Shown piece after piece: positions 62,861 to 64,000 of a DNA stretch of 64,000 bases. Location: contig CM035356.1 of NCBI GenBank assembly GCA_020137815.1, positions 7,378,001 to 7,442,000 on the forward strand, in the 5' to 3' direction. Both the position numbers and the translations under genes were made by a program. The notes beneath the pieces are model-generated. The model had not been told where the DNA came from. It worked only from the letters and a program-made list of their open reading frames with translations, and ran no database searches. This stretch comes from Hormiphora californensis (taxonomy: Eukaryota; Animalia; Ctenophora). Positions within the stretch are counted from its first letter, which is position 1. Every line of letters begins with the position of its first letter.

Positions 62861-63399
62861 TAAGTTGAGATCTAGCGATGTGAGGCGTGAGCTACCGTGA
62901 GGCATGCCGTGTATCGTATGGACACAAGTGAGTTTAAGCTAGTATGAATTCTCTCCCGCTCCTTGGTTCTCATACAGGTGAAGCAGAAGGATCCTCACCC
63001 AGGTTGTATAAGAAAGTATCGATTGTTTAAGGGCTAAAGCCCTGGAGCTAAAATATTCATTTCTGGATCTCTAGATCCAAGAGCATATTCTATTAATCTG
63101 CAGTAAGCAGAGACAGTATATTTCATCATCCGATTTAAATATGGTTTAACTAACAAAACTTACCTTCAGAAAATATCTTCTTGAAAAATATCTGGAAATC
63201 CTTGGTATAAAACTAACCGCTTTTGAAACGAGAGTTAGTGAGACGAAGTCCGCACCAAGTGATGCTAGTAGTCAAGACCTACCAGAACTCGTGTTGTTCT
63301 TTAAAATAAGGACAATGAAAAGCGGACAATAAATGTATATTTGTATTTGTATTTGTATTTGTATCAAGATGAGGAGTGCTGTCTATTCTTGCATTACAG

Positions 63400-64000
63400 T
63401 AAACAGTTCTTTTCTTCTTTCTCCGCGACTGAGCTGCTTGATGTAGCCAATGGCCGAAGCAAACTAACTGTGCCACTTACAGATCCGAGCAACCGAATAT
63501 TGAAATTGTTACTTAAGTTGACTGAGCGTCCTAACTTTAAGCCTGTACAGAAAAAGCCGTATCCGGCCAAGTTCCACCGCTGCATAGGACCCTCAAATAC
63601 TGCACCTTTTCGCGTTGCCTTCGAGAGGGAAGTTTTCTGGAACTTTTTAGCGCTCTGGGCCTTCCCTTTCAAAAAAGGTGCCTGTAATTTTAACAAGATA
63701 TCAAAAGCTGTTAAGAGTTGCTGTGACTCAGATGACACTTTTGATATTTGTAAGTTAAATTTGAATTCGACCACCACTGTGCATGTGACTGATCATGCTA
63801 TTAAAGCATCAAGCTCCCAAACGCCTAGCGAGCCATCTAGTCAAATTCAGACAATTTTGACCATGCAAGAGATCAGCAGAATCCAAGCAGCGCTTGCAAC
63901 ATCGATTTCACCAGCTGATTTCAATAAGGTTGTTGGCAACCTAAAACAAAAGCATGAAACAGAACTAGAAAGTTTTAGGTCTGATAGAGCTATCGCCGAG
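63400..64000 (+). CDS. Open reading frame running off the window end; product unknown
   Basis: 200 stop-free codons after TTACAG (KQFFSSFSATELLDV...KHETELESFRSDRAIAE). It is absent from the ORF track because it has no stop in the window. Confidence 0.45.

Noticed and set aside
62317-62868. 183-aa ORF
   Set aside because: Mostly the 53-bp minisatellite; no domain.

Overview
AT-rich, repeat-rich animal genomic DNA with spliceosomal GT-AG introns. The repeat families present resemble those I recall from Pleurobrachia-type ctenophore gene models (inference, not checked). Most of the window is one ~42 kb minus-strand gene for a cytosolic carboxypeptidase (CCP2/3, AGBL2/3-like tubulin deglutamylase; ~28 exons, 46606->4214). 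Its 17 kb intron hosts two antisense intronless rhodopsin-type GPCRs and an 8.2 kb TSD-flanked RT/RNase H LINE insertion. Also present: the 3' end of a LIM-domain gene, an uncharacterised multi-exon gene carrying X-boxes, two tandem intronless GNAT/aaNAT-like genes, a partial ORF at the right edge, and many MITEs and minisatellites. Three things stand out. (1) Splice sites are repeatedly duplicated or amplified with the adjacent exon end, including two minisatellites made of ~26-29 copies of a 3' splice site. (2) The short intronic 'shadow' copies of exon starts differ from the real exon mostly at synonymous positions. (3) Four ATG-initiated, phase-0 candidate alternative first exons give the CCP gene a possible variable-N-terminus cassette. 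Several single-base frameshifts and garbled stretches suggest an imperfectly polished assembly, which limits some conclusions.
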